Assembly (NCBI GenBank): GCA_022979955.1
Contig: GCA_022979955.1_3642.1
Strand: one strand, 5' to 3'
DNA: 64,000 bases
DNA from: a phage
In this document: positions 63,434 to 64,000 of the stretch, one piece after another
How the letters are laid out: each line of letters opens with the position of its first letter
Position numbering within the stretch: the stretch's first letter is position 1
The notes under the pieces: generated by a model
The model's database searches: none
Told to the model about the DNA's origin: nothing
Seen by the model: the letters and a program-made list of their open reading frames with translations, nothing else
Made by a program: the position numbers and the translations under genes

Positions 63434-63853
63434 ATGCCACAGGAAGAAATGATTTCCTACGAAATCATCTACGAGCCTGACACTAAAGATGCTCACGGTG
63501 AGTGGATGAGTAAAGACACCATCAAAAAGGCTAAAGATAACTGGGACGCAGCATACGCCGCAGGCCTAGTTTCTGAGAACCTTTTCCACTTGACCTCTAC
63601 AGATGCTTTCACCATTGAAAAAACGTGGATTCAAGAAGAGTTTGATGTTGTAGTAATTGGCACTGAGCAGGTCATCAAGGCTGGCTCTTGGGTTGCTAAA
63701 GTTAAATACAATAATCCTGAACTATGGGAAGCTAAGAAGGCTGGCATTGTTGGTGGCCTAAGCATTCAGGCAACAGGTAATGTTGATGAAGAAACTGGTG
63801 AAATTACCAACGTAAACTTCGGGATCAGTGTTGTAGAAGAGGGCAATGAATAA
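63434..63853 (+). CDS. hypothetical head-module protein
   Basis: ORF 63278..63853 trimmed to ATG with GGGG SD; follows portal gene. Confidence 0.4.
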   Translation: MPQEEMISYEIIYEPDTKDAHGEWMSKDTIKKAKDNWDAAYAAGLVSENLFHLTSTDAFTIEKTWIQEEFDVVVIGTEQVIKAGSWVAKVKYNNPELWEAKKAGIVGGLSIQATGNVDEETGEITNVNFGISVVEEGNE

Positions 63854-64000
63854 TGTCTGAAAAAACGATTACTATTAAAGAGAAGGGGATTGCCCTGTGC
63901 CACAAGGCGCAAGGCTATAGCGCTAACAATAGACCTGTATCTCTTTTGATGAAGAGTGATCTTAAGCCTGAGCAGTTAACAGACGATATTGTTAAGGCAC
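63853..64000 (+). CDS. hypothetical protein, 5' partial (runs off window)
   Basis: ATG overlaps upstream stop (TAATG); open to window end. Confidence 0.3.
   Translation, partial: MSEKTITIKEKGIALCHKAQGYSANNRPVSLLMKSDLKPEQLTDDIVKA

Noticed and set aside
1-64000. Assignment to T5-like phages
   Set aside because: The tRNA cluster and nrd genes are reminiscent of T5, but the endolysin here is a lambda R-type transglycosylase, and the long early region of tiny genes without a large A1-like gene does not fit my recollection of T5. Taxonomic placement is left open pending a database search.
1-64000. Integrase, transposase or other hallmarks of a prophage or integrative element
   Set aside because: No tyrosine/serine recombinase or transposase motifs were recognised in any frame; the content fits a virulent phage.

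Overview
This window reads as a segment of a large virulent tailed-phage genome, built from three transcription blocks. Block 1 (1..13050, + strand) is an early-type module of about 35 small genes of unknown function, each with a sigma70-like promoter, a short GC hairpin in the leader and a strong Shine-Dalgarno site. A 2.5 kb non-coding convergent region full of repeats follows (13093..15590). Block 2 (15597..53353, - strand) starts with about 40 small, often acidic, paralogous genes including a ribosome hibernation factor homolog. It continues with a nucleotide-metabolism and DNA-transaction module: two adenine methyltransferases, a ClpP-like protease, PhoH, nrdG, intron-split nrdD, glutaredoxin, nrdB, nrdA, a ThyX-like protein, HAD phosphatase, dNMP kinase-like protein, DEDD exonuclease, endonuclease VII-like and RuvC-like nucleases, flap endonuclease, lambda R-type endolysin, ATP-dependent ligase, MazG-like and Sir2-like proteins and an Rnl1-type RNA ligase. 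Block 3 (53454..64000, + strand) holds a polynucleotide kinase-like gene and a metallophosphoesterase, a winged-helix protein followed by four iterons and an AT-rich tract (candidate origin), two structured non-coding regions, seven tRNA genes, a spanin pair, an intron-split large terminase with an HNH endonuclease, and a putative portal gene. Most interesting are the RNA-repair plus Sir2/MazG cluster beside the tRNAs, the phage HPF homolog, the tandem paralog array and the candidate origin. All functional calls rest on motif recognition by eye; no searches were run, and hand-counted coordinates may be off by 1-2 nt.
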